Positions 31,642 to 41,502 of a stretch of DNA of 64,000 nt are shown here, piece by piece (the stretch's first letter is position 1; every line of letters begins with the position of its first letter). Under the pieces are notes generated by a model that saw nothing but the letters and a program-made list of their open reading frames with translations, was not told the DNA's origin and did no database searches. The DNA is from Thermodesulfobacteriota bacterium. Its GTDB lineage: Bacteria > Desulfobacterota > Desulfobacteria > Desulfobacterales > C00003060. Location: positions 157,336 through 221,335 of the forward strand of contig JAXHVD010000003.1 in assembly GCA_034189385.1 (NCBI GenBank). Direction: 5' to 3'. The position numbers were made by a program, and so were the translations under genes.

Positions 31642-33543
31642 TCATTCTATACAGATGGCGTTGAACTTACAGGCATTGTAACAGATGCCGCACTTGATGC
31701 ATTTCTCCTGGTCTATGTGATGGCATTTCTTCTTTTCACCGGTGATGGCCTCCTGCGGACATTTGAGTGCGCAGAGATGACAGCCGTTACACAGAGCTTC
31801 ATCAACTTCGTAATGAAAAAGGGCCTTGCAGACACCTGCGGGGCACTTCTGATCCTTGATGTGGGCCTCGTACTCATCTCGGAAATAGAGGAGCGTCGTT
31901 AACACCGGATTGGGGGCTGTTTTGCCTAGTCCGCACAGGGAAAACCTCTTGATCATGGCAGCCAGCTCCTGAAGGAGTCTGATGTCGCCCTCCCGGCCCT
32001 TTCCCTCGCAGATATCACCCAGGATTTCTGCCATCTGGGTAATCCCTTCACGGCAGGGCGTGCATTGACCACATGATTCGTTCTTGAGAAAATCCAGGAA
32101 GTATTTTGCAATGTTGACCATGCAGGTGTCCTGGTCCATGACGATCATACCGCCCGAGCCCATGATCGAGCCAAGCTCGCTGAGCTTCTGGTAGTCTACC
32201 GGGGTATCGAGGTACTGTTCAGGGATGCAGCCACCGGAAGGCCCCCCTGTCTGAACAGCCTTGAATGCCTTTTTCTTCGGAATGCCGCCGCCTATATCAA
32301 AGACGATCTCTCGCAAGGAAATGCCCATGGGGACTTCTACCAAGCCGGTATTTTTCACCTTCCCCACGAGGCTAAAGACCTTCGTCCCTTTGCTGTGCTC
32401 CGTGCCGATGTTGCCGTACCACTGGGCACCCTTTAAGAGGATCACCGGGACATTGGCATAGGTCTCAACGTTATTCAGGTTGGTTGGTTTTTCCCTGAAC
32501 CCTTTTTCCACAGTATGCACATATTTGGCCCTGGGTCTTCCCACTTGACCTTCCAACGAAGCCATCAAGGCCGTTGATTCACCACAAATAAAGGCCCCTG
32601 CCCCAGTGGAGATCTTGATGCGGAAACCAAAATCAGTCCCCCCTATATGGTCACCAAGCAACCCATAGGCCTCTGCCTGCTTGATGGCTGTGACCAGGCG
32701 CTTAACCGCCAACGGGTATTCATGCCGCACATAAATGAAGCCTTGATGGGAGCCAATGGCCCGTGCTGCAATCAACATCCCTTCCAGGACACTGTGGGGG
32801 TCGCCTTCCAGAATACTCCTATCCATGTAGGCGCCCGGGTCGCCTTCATCGGCATTGCAGATGATATATCTCTCACCCTTCAGTCTTGCACAACTTTCCC
32901 ATTTTATTCCTGTTGGAAAGCCAGCACCACCGCGACCCCTTAACCCCGATTCCTTGATGGTCTTAATAATCTCAGGGGGGTCGCCTTCCAACAGGCATCG
33001 CATAAAGGCTAGGTACCCGCCTTTGGCGATGTACTCTTCGATGCTATCGGGGTCAATATAGCCACAATTGCGCAAGGCGATTTTTGTCTGTTTACTGTAA
33101 AAGGGGACATCCTCCAAGAAGGGGATCCCCTCGATGGGTGCTGTCTCGGCAAGGGGGTTTTCCATGTCTTCTTCTAATAGGGAACGAGGATCGCGCATTT
33201 GGGCTAGGATCCACTTTTTATTGAAATCGCCTTGGATGTAGCCTTCAATGGCGTCTAGGATCTTCTCCTTGGAAAGGTGCCTGTAAACCACTCTCGGCCG
33301 CCCCTTTCCGAAGATTTCGACCAAGGGTTCTTCCTGACAGAAACCCAGACAACCGGTCTTGTGGATCTCAATGCCAGGGTCCTCTGGAAATGCCTCTAAG
33401 GCCTTTTCAAAGGAGGCCTTTGCACCGGCTGCGATGCCACAGGAGGCCATTCCTATGTTCACCGCGATGCCTTCTGGGTGGTATAGCCTGTTGCTGTAGT
33501 CCTGCCTGATCTCTTCCAGGTCTTTAATAGACCCCACTTGCAT
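31642..33543 (-). CDS. NuoF/HydB-like NADH-binding flavoprotein with N-terminal [2Fe-2S] and C-terminal 2x[4Fe-4S]
   Basis: GRGGAGFPTG, CNADEGDPGAYMDR, GAGAFICGE, ESCGQCTPCREG, SLCGLG, HIKDQKCPAGVC, two CxxCxxCxxxC. Confidence 0.92.
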   Translation of the reverse strand: MQVGSIKDLEEIRQDYSNRLYHPEGIAVNIGMASCGIAAGAKASFEKALEAFPEDPGIEIHKTGCLGFCQEEPLVEIFGKGRPRVVYRHLSKEKILDAIEGYIQGDFNKKWILAQMRDPRSLLEEDMENPLAETAPIEGIPFLEDVPFYSKQTKIALRNCGYIDPDSIEEYIAKGGYLAFMRCLLEGDPPEIIKTIKESGLRGRGGAGFPTGIKWESCARLKGERYIICNADEGDPGAYMDRSILEGDPHSVLEGMLIAARAIGSHQGFIYVRHEYPLAVKRLVTAIKQAEAYGLLGDHIGGTDFGFRIKISTGAGAFICGESTALMASLEGQVGRPRAKYVHTVEKGFREKPTNLNNVETYANVPVILLKGAQWYGNIGTEHSKGTKVFSLVGKVKNTGLVEVPMGISLREIVFDIGGGIPKKKAFKAVQTGGPSGGCIPEQYLDTPVDYQKLSELGSIMGSGGMIVMDQDTCMVNIAKYFLDFLKNESCGQCTPCREGITQMAEILGDICEGKGREGDIRLLQELAAMIKRFSLCGLGKTAPNPVLTTLLYFRDEYEAHIKDQKCPAGVCKALFHYEVDEALCNGCHLCALKCPQEAITGEKKKCHHIDQEKCIKCGICYNACKFNAICIE

Positions 33544-33556
33544 CGCCTGAAACCCC

Positions 33557-34054
33557 TTAGTGATATTCATCCAACACCTTTTGTATGTTTTCCTGGCTGA
33601 CCCGGCTATAGACGTCTTCATTGATCTTGACGACTGGTCCAAGACTACAGCATCCAATGCAGCGCACAGGCTCGAGAGTGAAGCGCATATCTTCCGTTGT
33701 TTCTCTGGCGCCCACATGGAGAATCTCCTGGATCCTTTCCCACAGCCTTGCCCCGCCCCTTACATGGCAGGCCGTCCCCAGACAGACAGAGATGATGTTT
33801 CTGCCTTTGGGGACCAGACTGAAGCTGCTGTAGAACGTACCGACAGCATAGATGAGACTGATCGGCACCCCTATCTTCTCAGAAAGATAGGTCAAAGATG
33901 CCTGGGGCAAGTGGTTATACTGACGCTGAATGGCCTGGAGAATCATGATAAGATTCTCTTTGTCGTCGTGGAATTCCTCATCTATGATCCGATCAAGTTC
34001 CATGTAATCGATCTCAACGGTTTGCTCCATCGTAGATAGCGCTATGTCAGTCAT
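33557..34054 (-). CDS. NuoE/HydC-like [2Fe-2S] subunit
   Basis: VCLGTACHVRG, VRCIGCCSLGP. Confidence 0.92.
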   Translation of the reverse strand: MTDIALSTMEQTVEIDYMELDRIIDEEFHDDKENLIMILQAIQRQYNHLPQASLTYLSEKIGVPISLIYAVGTFYSSFSLVPKGRNIISVCLGTACHVRGGARLWERIQEILHVGARETTEDMRFTLEPVRCIGCCSLGPVVKINEDVYSRVSQENIQKVLDEYH

Positions 34055-34285
34055 ATAGGTGTCTCCCTCACAGGAAAAAGGTCTATTCCCTAGGTGTTGA
34101 GAATAATTAGAAATGGCGTACTCGAGGGTGGACTGCAGGTTATTGAAAACTCACCCCTGGCTCCATGGATAACGAGCAACAGGAAGGCCTATTTGTTTTC
34201 CGTGCACTTCTCTTTCCAAGACTCCGATACGCCATACGCGACGTTTGCCCGTTGGCGAGTCCTTGTGGACTCGCAACACCAAGAC

Positions 34286-34687
34286 TTATCCATCCATAAC
34301 CGCTTGATTGGTCACCGGGCAGTTCTCCACACAAAGGCCGCACCCAATACAACGGCTCAAGTCGATACTCCGGGCGCGCTTCTTCACCTTTACTCTGAAA
34401 TTGCCAGCAGAGCCATCCACCGATTCGATGTCGGCATAGGTGATGATTTCGATATTCAGGTGGCGACCGCATTCCACCAACTTTGGCGACATGATACACA
34501 TGGAACAGTCATTGGTGGGGTATGTCTTATCTAGTTGGGACATCTTGCCGCCAATGGCTGGCGTATCTTCAAGTAGATAGACATAAAAGCCAGCATCGGC
34601 GAGATCAAGGGCAGCTTGGATGCCACCGATGCCACCACCTACCACCAACACGGCACCGACTTTGTCTTCTTGTTGAGACGTTGCCAT
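34286..34687 (-). CDS. Stand-alone HdrA N-terminal module (FAD-binding motif + one [4Fe-4S] motif)
   Basis: VLVVGGGIGGIQAALDLAD, GGKMSQLDKTYPTNDCSMC, CIGCGLCVENCP then TAA. Confidence 0.88.
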   Translation of the reverse strand: MATSQQEDKVGAVLVVGGGIGGIQAALDLADAGFYVYLLEDTPAIGGKMSQLDKTYPTNDCSMCIMSPKLVECGRHLNIEIITYADIESVDGSAGNFRVKVKKRARSIDLSRCIGCGLCVENCPVTNQAVMDG

Positions 34688-35000
34688 CTACCCTCTCTTT
34701 GGGCCCTTGTTTCCTTGAACCATGGACATGTTGGCACACCATAGGGACAGGGTGCCTTGCCGGGCCCGACGCCCTCGTTGTTTTTGGTATATGCTCATAA
34801 CACCCCGTTAACCACTTTGCGCTCATCTTGTCAAGGGGTTTTTGTGACACGTGGCCCCACTTCAAGGGGGTTGCAGGGCCCTGTCCAGTGCAGGAATCGT
34901 TGAAACCAACAATAGAAGAAACCCCTTTTGTGATGGCTTGGCCCGACGCTTTCACGGGGCTTGAAGCGTCGTCACTTGCCAGGCGATGGGACGCAGCCTT

Positions 35001-36044
35001 TCACATGGGCTTGACGTGGGATAGTCTCTCGCTCATGTTCTGTTCATAGAACTGCGTGGGCTGAAGCTCTTCATACTCGTTCCTTGAGGCGAGGTATTTC
35101 CGTATATCCAGGCAGAGGTGACATTTGGAAACGTAACCTTTGCTTTTCTCTCCATAACCCCTTTCTAAGGCAAAAGAAAACAGCCCTCTCATGTCTTCAT
35201 GGACCAAATAGTTCAAGACAGGGCGGTTTTCCAGATCGAGTCCCTCTCTGAGGAGGCGATCCAACTCAAACCAACTCCCTAAGGAGATCCCGCCGCAGTA
35301 GCCGGGCATGAGATTGCCGTAATTGTCAAAATGGTTGTGCCAGTTGCGCAGCATCGTTGGCTGGCAGGGCACGCGAAAGAACCCTTTGGCCCGGTAGCTG
35401 GGGTAAAGGTCCTTTAATTGATAGGCAGCGCGGCCCATTAGAAAAAGCTCCACCCTGTGGGACACCGACTCCCCGCCGGTGAGGTTTTGATAGTCCTCAA
35501 TGGAAAGCCTGCCCCTAATGCCCAGCTTTTTAAAAAGACGATAATACTCCAGCTGATAGACGATCACATCGGCCCCAAAGACCTCCAGGCTGATTTGAAT
35601 GCACCGGTCTGTTCTTTCAAAGGGGACATACTCGGCATAGTAAGGATTTACCGAGATCAAGATCCCCCTGAGCCCCTTTTCCTTGAGGGCCTGGAGCCGT
35701 TCCCGCGTCAGGTCGTCGCTCTTGCACCAGAAGCAGTTTGTTTCCACAAACGTGGACGGGATCTTCAATGCTGCTGCAATCTCAACGGCCTTCAGCAACA
35801 GCTCAACATTTAAGAAAGGCTCTCCACCTGTGAAATGGAGCCCGTGGTTCAAGCTCATATGTCGCCGACCCTGTGGGCTGGGTTTGATCACCTTGGCCAG
35901 CTGGGGAAGAGATTGTTCCAGCTGCTCCACCGTTATCCAATCGGGGGTCCATTTCGGCGAGCAGGCGTACATGCAGTGGCGGCAGGAAGCAGGGCACTTG
36001 TAGGAAAGGATCAGGCCGCCGGAGATGGGAGGAGGTATTTTCAT
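35001..36044 (-). CDS. Radical SAM protein
   Basis: CPASCRHC, FTGGEPF, VETN, C-terminal CHLC. Confidence 0.88.
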   Translation of the reverse strand: MKIPPPISGGLILSYKCPASCRHCMYACSPKWTPDWITVEQLEQSLPQLAKVIKPSPQGRRHMSLNHGLHFTGGEPFLNVELLLKAVEIAAALKIPSTFVETNCFWCKSDDLTRERLQALKEKGLRGILISVNPYYAEYVPFERTDRCIQISLEVFGADVIVYQLEYYRLFKKLGIRGRLSIEDYQNLTGGESVSHRVELFLMGRAAYQLKDLYPSYRAKGFFRVPCQPTMLRNWHNHFDNYGNLMPGYCGGISLGSWFELDRLLREGLDLENRPVLNYLVHEDMRGLFSFALERGYGEKSKGYVSKCHLCLDIRKYLASRNEYEELQPTQFYEQNMSERLSHVKPM

Positions 36045-36047
36045 CCC

Positions 36048-36455
36048 TCAAAACGCTTTATAGATCCGCGCAAGGGGATGTCCCTGGGCCTGGATGGTCA
36101 GATCGTTGAAATAGCCGTAGGGTGTTTGAAAGGCTTGGTAGCCGGCAGTCTCCAAGCGTTGCTGGGCCCTGTCGAAAAGGGCTTTAGCGTCTTCGGGGCC
36201 GGCCTTATCGTCTCCCAGATGGGTAAAGGAGTGCAGGATAATGATCGTTGTCTCCCATTTTCTCGCAAGCCATTTCGCGTTCTTCACCAGTTTGGTTTCT
36301 GCAGCATTTTTGCCTTCCACATCTTTCGGCTCCACGTGAATGAATGCCACCACCGCTTTTTTTTGGAGATCTGCTGCGGCATCTGGAGCGTCATCCAACG
36401 TTTTCATGGCCGGGTTCCATGCAAAGGTGTCGCAATACCAAAAGAGGACTCTCAT
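36048..36455 (-). CDS. Free-standing archaeal-type threonyl-tRNA synthetase editing domain
   Basis: VVAFIHVEPKD, LHSFTHL, PYGYF....GHPLARIYK. Confidence 0.8.
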   Translation of the reverse strand: MRVLFWYCDTFAWNPAMKTLDDAPDAAADLQKKAVVAFIHVEPKDVEGKNAAETKLVKNAKWLARKWETTIIILHSFTHLGDDKAGPEDAKALFDRAQQRLETAGYQAFQTPYGYFNDLTIQAQGHPLARIYKAF

Positions 36456-36481
36456 CTCTTCTCCCTACAGGCAGGCTTTTT

Positions 36482-37144
36482 CTATGGCAATGGCCTGCCG
36501 CAATGTCTGCACACTTCAGCCTCTTTCTCAATGACCTCCGCACAAAAGGGACACTCTCTGGTCTCGTTGATGTCGTGAATCCTATTGATTCCCTGGCGCA
36601 CTTGGGCGACAATCCGCTCATCGTGAAATGTGAAGTCCAGCATCGGTTCGATGGCCTCGGCAAGGCCCAATTCTCCAATGAGGGCAGCGGCGCGCATGCG
36701 GACCTTATAGTAAAGGTCCCGGTCAAAGAGACTGGACAGGAGGCCCTTTAGATCGGCCGCCCCGAAAAGCTCCAGCAGCCGTTGAACGGCGGGATCATCG
36801 TCGGTGCCTCTCGCCTTATCCACCGCGATGTCGGCCTCATCGATGATGCCCCACTGGTTGGACGAATAGACGGCCCTGGCCGCTGTCCGGTCCGAATCTG
36901 GATAACAGATGCACCGGTAAGAACAGGGCCGGCCGTAAGTCTCTTGCATGTGGTCCCAGCCCTCTGCATAGAGGGGGCATGCGTCGTTGCCGCAGATAAA
37001 GAGGTACGGAGACCCCCATCGGCCACCGTTTACGAAACCGGACTGCCCACAGGCCATAATCTTCATCTCTTGTCCGCAATAAGGACAGACCGGCCTGTCT
37101 GAAAAAATCATCTTCTCATAGACATCAGCTTTGGTAAGGACCAT
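36482..37144 (-). CDS. Zinc-ribbon/HEAT-like hypothetical protein
   Basis: CPYCG, C..D.C, SYRC, HEAT-like VRMRAAALIGEL, C-terminal CPFCAE...CRHCG. Confidence 0.7.
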   Translation of the reverse strand: MVLTKADVYEKMIFSDRPVCPYCGQEMKIMACGQSGFVNGGRWGSPYLFICGNDACPLYAEGWDHMQETYGRPCSYRCICYPDSDRTAARAVYSSNQWGIIDEADIAVDKARGTDDDPAVQRLLELFGAADLKGLLSSLFDRDLYYKVRMRAAALIGELGLAEAIEPMLDFTFHDERIVAQVRQGINRIHDINETRECPFCAEVIEKEAEVCRHCGRPLP

Positions 37145-37285
37145 TAGTATGACACTCCTTCCTCTCTTTCCACACGATGACATCTCGTTGAGCAGTTGAC
37201 GACAGCCCACATGCATGGCCACTCTTTGAGCCCGAAAGGGGCCTATGCACAGCCTGGAGCAGAACTGAGACATGTGCCTGTCCCA

Positions 37286-38104
37286 TCACCTCACCGTGGC
37301 GGTGGCTGTGTCATCAAAAGGATTTGTTCTCATGGCAAGCGAAAAGAGATAGGGATAATTCTCTTTCAGGTATTTCATGTAGTCTAACCAATGCCGGACT
37401 AAAAGCGCGTAAACCCTTCTCACATCTCCGGCCAGATGGGCGACGTCACTGCTGAGCAAATGGGCAAGATCTTCTCTGTGCATCAACTCGTCTTTTAAGT
37501 GGAAAATGGCCCGGAGGAGTTTTGTAAAGGACTCACTTTCGAGCAGGACCGGATTTTCCAAGAGCCTCAGCAAGAGGTCCTTTTGTCTACCCAGGAAGTT
37601 CCGCAATCTTTCAAGATCAAGCTTTTCCGGGTCAATACTGTAATCATAATGAGTGAGACGTTGGCTTGCGGCCGAAAAATCTTTCTCTGACCAGTTTCCA
37701 GACACGACTAACGCCGCCTTGGTCGTGTCCGGATTACGATCACACCTTGAGAAGTCCGCCAAGAGTCTATTGCCGATTTCACTGAAGAATAGCCCTGAAA
37801 CCATGTTCAGCTTTTGATCCCTGAGTGTCTGCTCCCGCCTGTTGAGCATGATCTCAGTCGCACTGGCGATGACCCCCAGGAAGGTCCCCACCCCTGCCAC
37901 AATCAACACGATGGCAAGTCCCTTGCCGACCGGTGTTGCAGGATGGATGTCGCCGTAGCCCACCGTCGCTACAGTGACAAGGCTGAAATAGAGGGCGTCT
38001 CCGGGTGACAATCCCTCTGTCAGCGAAAAGCCCACAGTGCCTAACGCCAGCACTGCCACCGTGAGAAGGAGAAAAACGCGAAGTCGGAATGACGCTTGGC
38101 CCAT
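37286..38104 (-). CDS. Potassium channel family protein (2TM pore)
   Basis: ALYFSLVTVATVGYGDI selectivity filter. Confidence 0.88.
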   Translation of the reverse strand: MGQASFRLRVFLLLTVAVLALGTVGFSLTEGLSPGDALYFSLVTVATVGYGDIHPATPVGKGLAIVLIVAGVGTFLGVIASATEIMLNRREQTLRDQKLNMVSGLFFSEIGNRLLADFSRCDRNPDTTKAALVVSGNWSEKDFSAASQRLTHYDYSIDPEKLDLERLRNFLGRQKDLLLRLLENPVLLESESFTKLLRAIFHLKDELMHREDLAHLLSSDVAHLAGDVRRVYALLVRHWLDYMKYLKENYPYLFSLAMRTNPFDDTATATVR

Positions 38105-38148
38105 CAACACCTCACCTCTTTCAAGGAGCAGCACCTCAGCAGATGCCG

Positions 38149-38865
38149 TTAGCCTCCAAAGACCCTTTTCAGAAGATCCGTCACCCTGTCTGCCGGGTTT
38201 GCTCTAATCTTCTTCTCTTCCTGTCCCAGCATGTAAAAAAGGCCGTGCAGGGCCTTATCGGTCACGTAGTGGTCGAGGTCCAGCGATTCTGATTTCATGA
38301 AGGGCAATGATGTATACTGATGCATCATCTCTTTATAGGAGCGGGTGACACCCACGTCGTTCATGGTTGATGACACTATGGGTTTAAATGTCTCATATAT
38401 CGCGCCAGATGTCTTTGCCTTGAAATAGTCGGTGGCGGCAGTAGCACCGCCATCCAGAATACCCCTGGCATCTGCCAGCGTCATCTCCTTGATGGCAGAG
38501 CCAAAGATAGATGCCGCCTCAGGAGCGGCCATCTCCGCTGCTCGGTTCATGCTCGCGACAAAGTTCTCAACCTGCTGTTCATATCCCACCTTTCCAAGGA
38601 TATCGGCCACTTTCTCTATCTTCTCCGGCATGAGTATCTTAATGGCCTCGTTGCCAAGGTAGCCGTCCACTTGAGAGACGGACCTCACGGCCTTTTCCGT
38701 CCCAATGGAAAGGGCTTCTTTAAGGCCCGATACGATCGTATCCTCATCTAGGGGCTGATTTGCAGACAGGCCCACCTGTTCCTTAATGGTGTCAAAAAGC
38801 CCTGCATCGGCACCGGTACAAAGGGATACCAATAACACCATCACCAAAAAGGATACGCTTCTCAT
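38149..38865 (-). CDS. DUF4197 family exported protein
   Basis: Signal peptide; GLKEALSIG, MNRAAE.A, ATDYF, EEKKIRANP. Confidence 0.88.
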   Translation of the reverse strand: MRSVSFLVMVLLVSLCTGADAGLFDTIKEQVGLSANQPLDEDTIVSGLKEALSIGTEKAVRSVSQVDGYLGNEAIKILMPEKIEKVADILGKVGYEQQVENFVASMNRAAEMAAPEAASIFGSAIKEMTLADARGILDGGATAATDYFKAKTSGAIYETFKPIVSSTMNDVGVTRSYKEMMHQYTSLPFMKSESLDLDHYVTDKALHGLFYMLGQEEKKIRANPADRVTDLLKRVFGG

Positions 38866-39081
38866 GTTAGCCTCCTTCCAAGCTAAGGTTCTTCCCTTGG
38901 ACGGGACATGGCTCCTTTCAAGGGGCTACGCGGAACCGGTGGTGCTCATCCCTTCAGCAACCCTAGGATTTATCAAAAAATGGTTCAAAACAAGAAAAAA
39001 GAGACGAGGACAACAGCCCCTTTGCAGGCGCCCATGCCTGTTCCCCTTAGTAGCCAATGGACTGCCAGGGGTTCCCGGCAC

Positions 39082-39393
39082 CTAGATGACTTTTCGCCCC
39101 AGGTGCGTCTTTTCATCTTCGACGCATCTTTCCAGCACATAGAGTCTGATCTTTCGACTTCTAGGAAACTCCTTTTTTATAAGTCGCTTCAACAGTTTTT
39201 TAAGCTTTTCTGGCCTTACCCGAAAACGCTCCTTGAAAAAGCCGTTTTCAATGACCAGCAGATCGTCTTCGCCCAGTTTGGCGATCATGACGGACCTGTT
39301 GCGTTTGTAAGTCCGCAGGTCCAGGCAGTGGGAAACGGGCAACCTCTTTAGCCGTTCGCACACCGTGTCCATGATGGTTGTCTTATCAATCAT
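39082..39393 (-). CDS. Basic hypothetical protein
   Basis: Clean ORF; LRTYKRNRSV, IENGF, EFPRSRKIR. Confidence 0.65.
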   Translation of the reverse strand: MIDKTTIMDTVCERLKRLPVSHCLDLRTYKRNRSVMIAKLGEDDLLVIENGFFKERFRVRPEKLKKLLKRLIKKEFPRSRKIRLYVLERCVEDEKTHLGRKVI

Positions 39394-39815
39394 GGCACCT
39401 GAACACCCCGCTTACGGGATACATCCAAAACGATGCGGCTGATCTTTTCAGGATCTTTCTTAAAGCCCATCCCCTCTCCATATGGTGATCATACATGAAC
39501 ATCTTTCCCACTTAGTCAACGAAAAACCTCCACAAAGAAACCTGGCGTTCCATGAAAGCCGCCCTCATGCTTCAATATTAATAAACATTTATCCCTAGAA
39601 TGCCCTAAAGCGCCTGTCACCCACCTAGCAAGTTCGGCAAAGCCCCCAGGGCCAGATCTAGGCTTATGACAGGTGGTTGATCCGCTATGGAGACAAGACC
39701 CCCACAAGCAGGGTTCTCTTTCCACCATCATGGTCAAGGTAGCCAAAAAGAGCCTTTTATATTACCATCACGTGAGACCTGATCCCATGATCCGCCTGCA
39801 GACAGGGTGGGCCAC

Positions 39816-40745
39816 ATGACCAAAGAAAAAGGAATCGCCTGGCTAAGAATCATGAGGTTGCAGTTTTACCCCATGACCTTTATCGCCTACAGCCTTGGAG
39901 CGGCTCTGGCGGCCGGCAACGGCCTGCATTTTCGTGCTGATCTTTACGTGTTGGGCTATGGATATCTCTTCCTGCTCGAGTTGTGTACGATCCTTACCAA
40001 CGAACTATACGACCTTCCAACAGATCGAATCAACCGCAACGCCAGTCCCTTTAATGGCGGTTCCAGGGTCTTGGTGGAAGAGAAGCTTGCCCCCAAAGAG
40101 GTGAGGACGGCCTTGGGTCTGCTCTTCTGTCTCCTTGTTGCTTGTGGCCTTCTTCTTCTCCTTTCATGCCCCCTGTCTTCAAGAGCCGCTGCTACGGTCC
40201 TCTTGATAGCAGGCATCTTCTTAGGATTAGGATACACCATGCCACCCCTCCAGTTTTGCTACAAAGGGGTGGGCGAATTGGTCGTTGCTCTCACACACAG
40301 TCCCTACGTCATTGTCTGCGGTTTTGTATTGCAGTCCGGCTCCTGGGCCAACCCCACGCCTTGGATCCTGAGCCTTCCACTCTCCCTTGCCGTACTGGCC
40401 GCCATCACCCTGGCAGGGATTCCAGACCATCAGGCCGACAAGAAGGCCTTGAAGTATACATTGTCTGTGGTTTTTGGAGAGCAGGCCGCCTGCCTTCTGG
40501 CCATCATCTTTGCCACCCTTGCCGTCGGAGCAGGCACGCTCCTGTGGCATCTTCAGATGCTGGGACGTTTAGGGGGCCTGCTGGTGTTCGTGGCGACCCC
40601 TCACTGGATGATTCTTGTCATCGCCACGTCCGTGTTCATGAAATCAGGAGAATATGACAGGAGAATAGACGGAATCATGGGGATCGCGCTTTCCTATATC
40701 CTCTGGTTCGGCATTATTCCGTTAGTAGCCTCTCTGAGAAGCTAG
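39816..40745 (+). CDS. UbiA-family prenyltransferase (MenA-like)
   Basis: NELYD..TD..N...PFNGGSRVL, GYT.PP, IPDHQADK. Confidence 0.85.
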   Translation: MTKEKGIAWLRIMRLQFYPMTFIAYSLGAALAAGNGLHFRADLYVLGYGYLFLLELCTILTNELYDLPTDRINRNASPFNGGSRVLVEEKLAPKEVRTALGLLFCLLVACGLLLLLSCPLSSRAAATVLLIAGIFLGLGYTMPPLQFCYKGVGELVVALTHSPYVIVCGFVLQSGSWANPTPWILSLPLSLAVLAAITLAGIPDHQADKKALKYTLSVVFGEQAACLLAIIFATLAVGAGTLLWHLQMLGRLGGLLVFVATPHWMILVIATSVFMKSGEYDRRIDGIMGIALSYILWFGIIPLVASLRS

Positions 40746-40836
40746 GCCGCCTGTGGCCCATTGTGCTATTACTTACACGACCTCCTGCCACCTGGATGCA
40801 CGATCCTATCCAAAAAATACTGTCCAATTCTTTTGA

Positions 40837-40856
40837 AAATACAGCCATAACCCCAT
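40837..40856 (+). promoter_or_regulatory. Conserved upstream motif copy 5 (AAATACA-GCCATA-ACCCCAT)
   Basis: Upstream of usp gene; AAATAC 22 bp upstream. Confidence 0.7.
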
Positions 40857-41003
40857 ATACGAACCCCATTTTCCTGCCTATATTCTGGACAAATGATGGG
40901 ATCTGAAGACCCCGGCGCCACTGCCGTGGGAACAAGCCGATACAACGGGACCTGAGGGATTGATCGGCAAAAGGATCGTGTATCCCATCGAAGGGGGTGA
41001 AAA

Positions 41004-41453
41004 ATGATGGACATCAAGAAGATCTTATGGCCAACGGACTTTTCTGAGAATTCAAATGCGGCTCTCGATTATGTGTTGTCTCTTACCACAAAGTATGGTG
41101 CAGAGATCTACCTGCTATACGTGGCAGAAGACCTCACGGACTATCGCGAATGGTATGGTGAACTGGGATCAGACCATGCCCAGAAGATTCGAGATTGGGA
41201 GATTCCCAAAGCGGAAAAGGCCATGGAGAGTATTTGCCGAACGGAGTTGAAGGGATGCCCCATGTTTCACAGACTGGTCGTCGTGGGTGATCCCGCACAA
41301 AAGATCCTAGAGACGGCAAAGCAGGAAGAGATAGACGTCATCGTCATGGCAACACTTGGAAGGAGCGGACAGTTTCAAATCGGTAGCGTCACCGACAAGA
41401 TAGTCAAGAATTCTCCAGTTCCCGTTTGGACGGTCCGGCCCATCAAACGTTAA
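41004..41453 (+). CDS. Universal stress protein
   Basis: KILWPTDFS, GDPA..I, IVMATLGRSG...GSVTDKIVKNSPVPV. Confidence 0.92.
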   Translation: MMDIKKILWPTDFSENSNAALDYVLSLTTKYGAEIYLLYVAEDLTDYREWYGELGSDHAQKIRDWEIPKAEKAMESICRTELKGCPMFHRLVVVGDPAQKILETAKQEEIDVIVMATLGRSGQFQIGSVTDKIVKNSPVPVWTVRPIKR

Positions 41454-41502
41454 GAGGTTCCCTCGGCCAAGTCACGGGCAAGGGGGCAAGAGAGGGCCCT
41501 TC

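Noticed and set aside
34286..34288. Sec readthrough joining hdrA-N to downstream genes
   Set aside because: Stop is TAA and is followed by ~230 bp of non-coding sequence before nuoE.
39630..39690. c-di-GMP-I riboswitch-like words (GGCAAA, TATGACAG)
   Set aside because: GAAA-capped P2 stem and second GCAAA element are missing.
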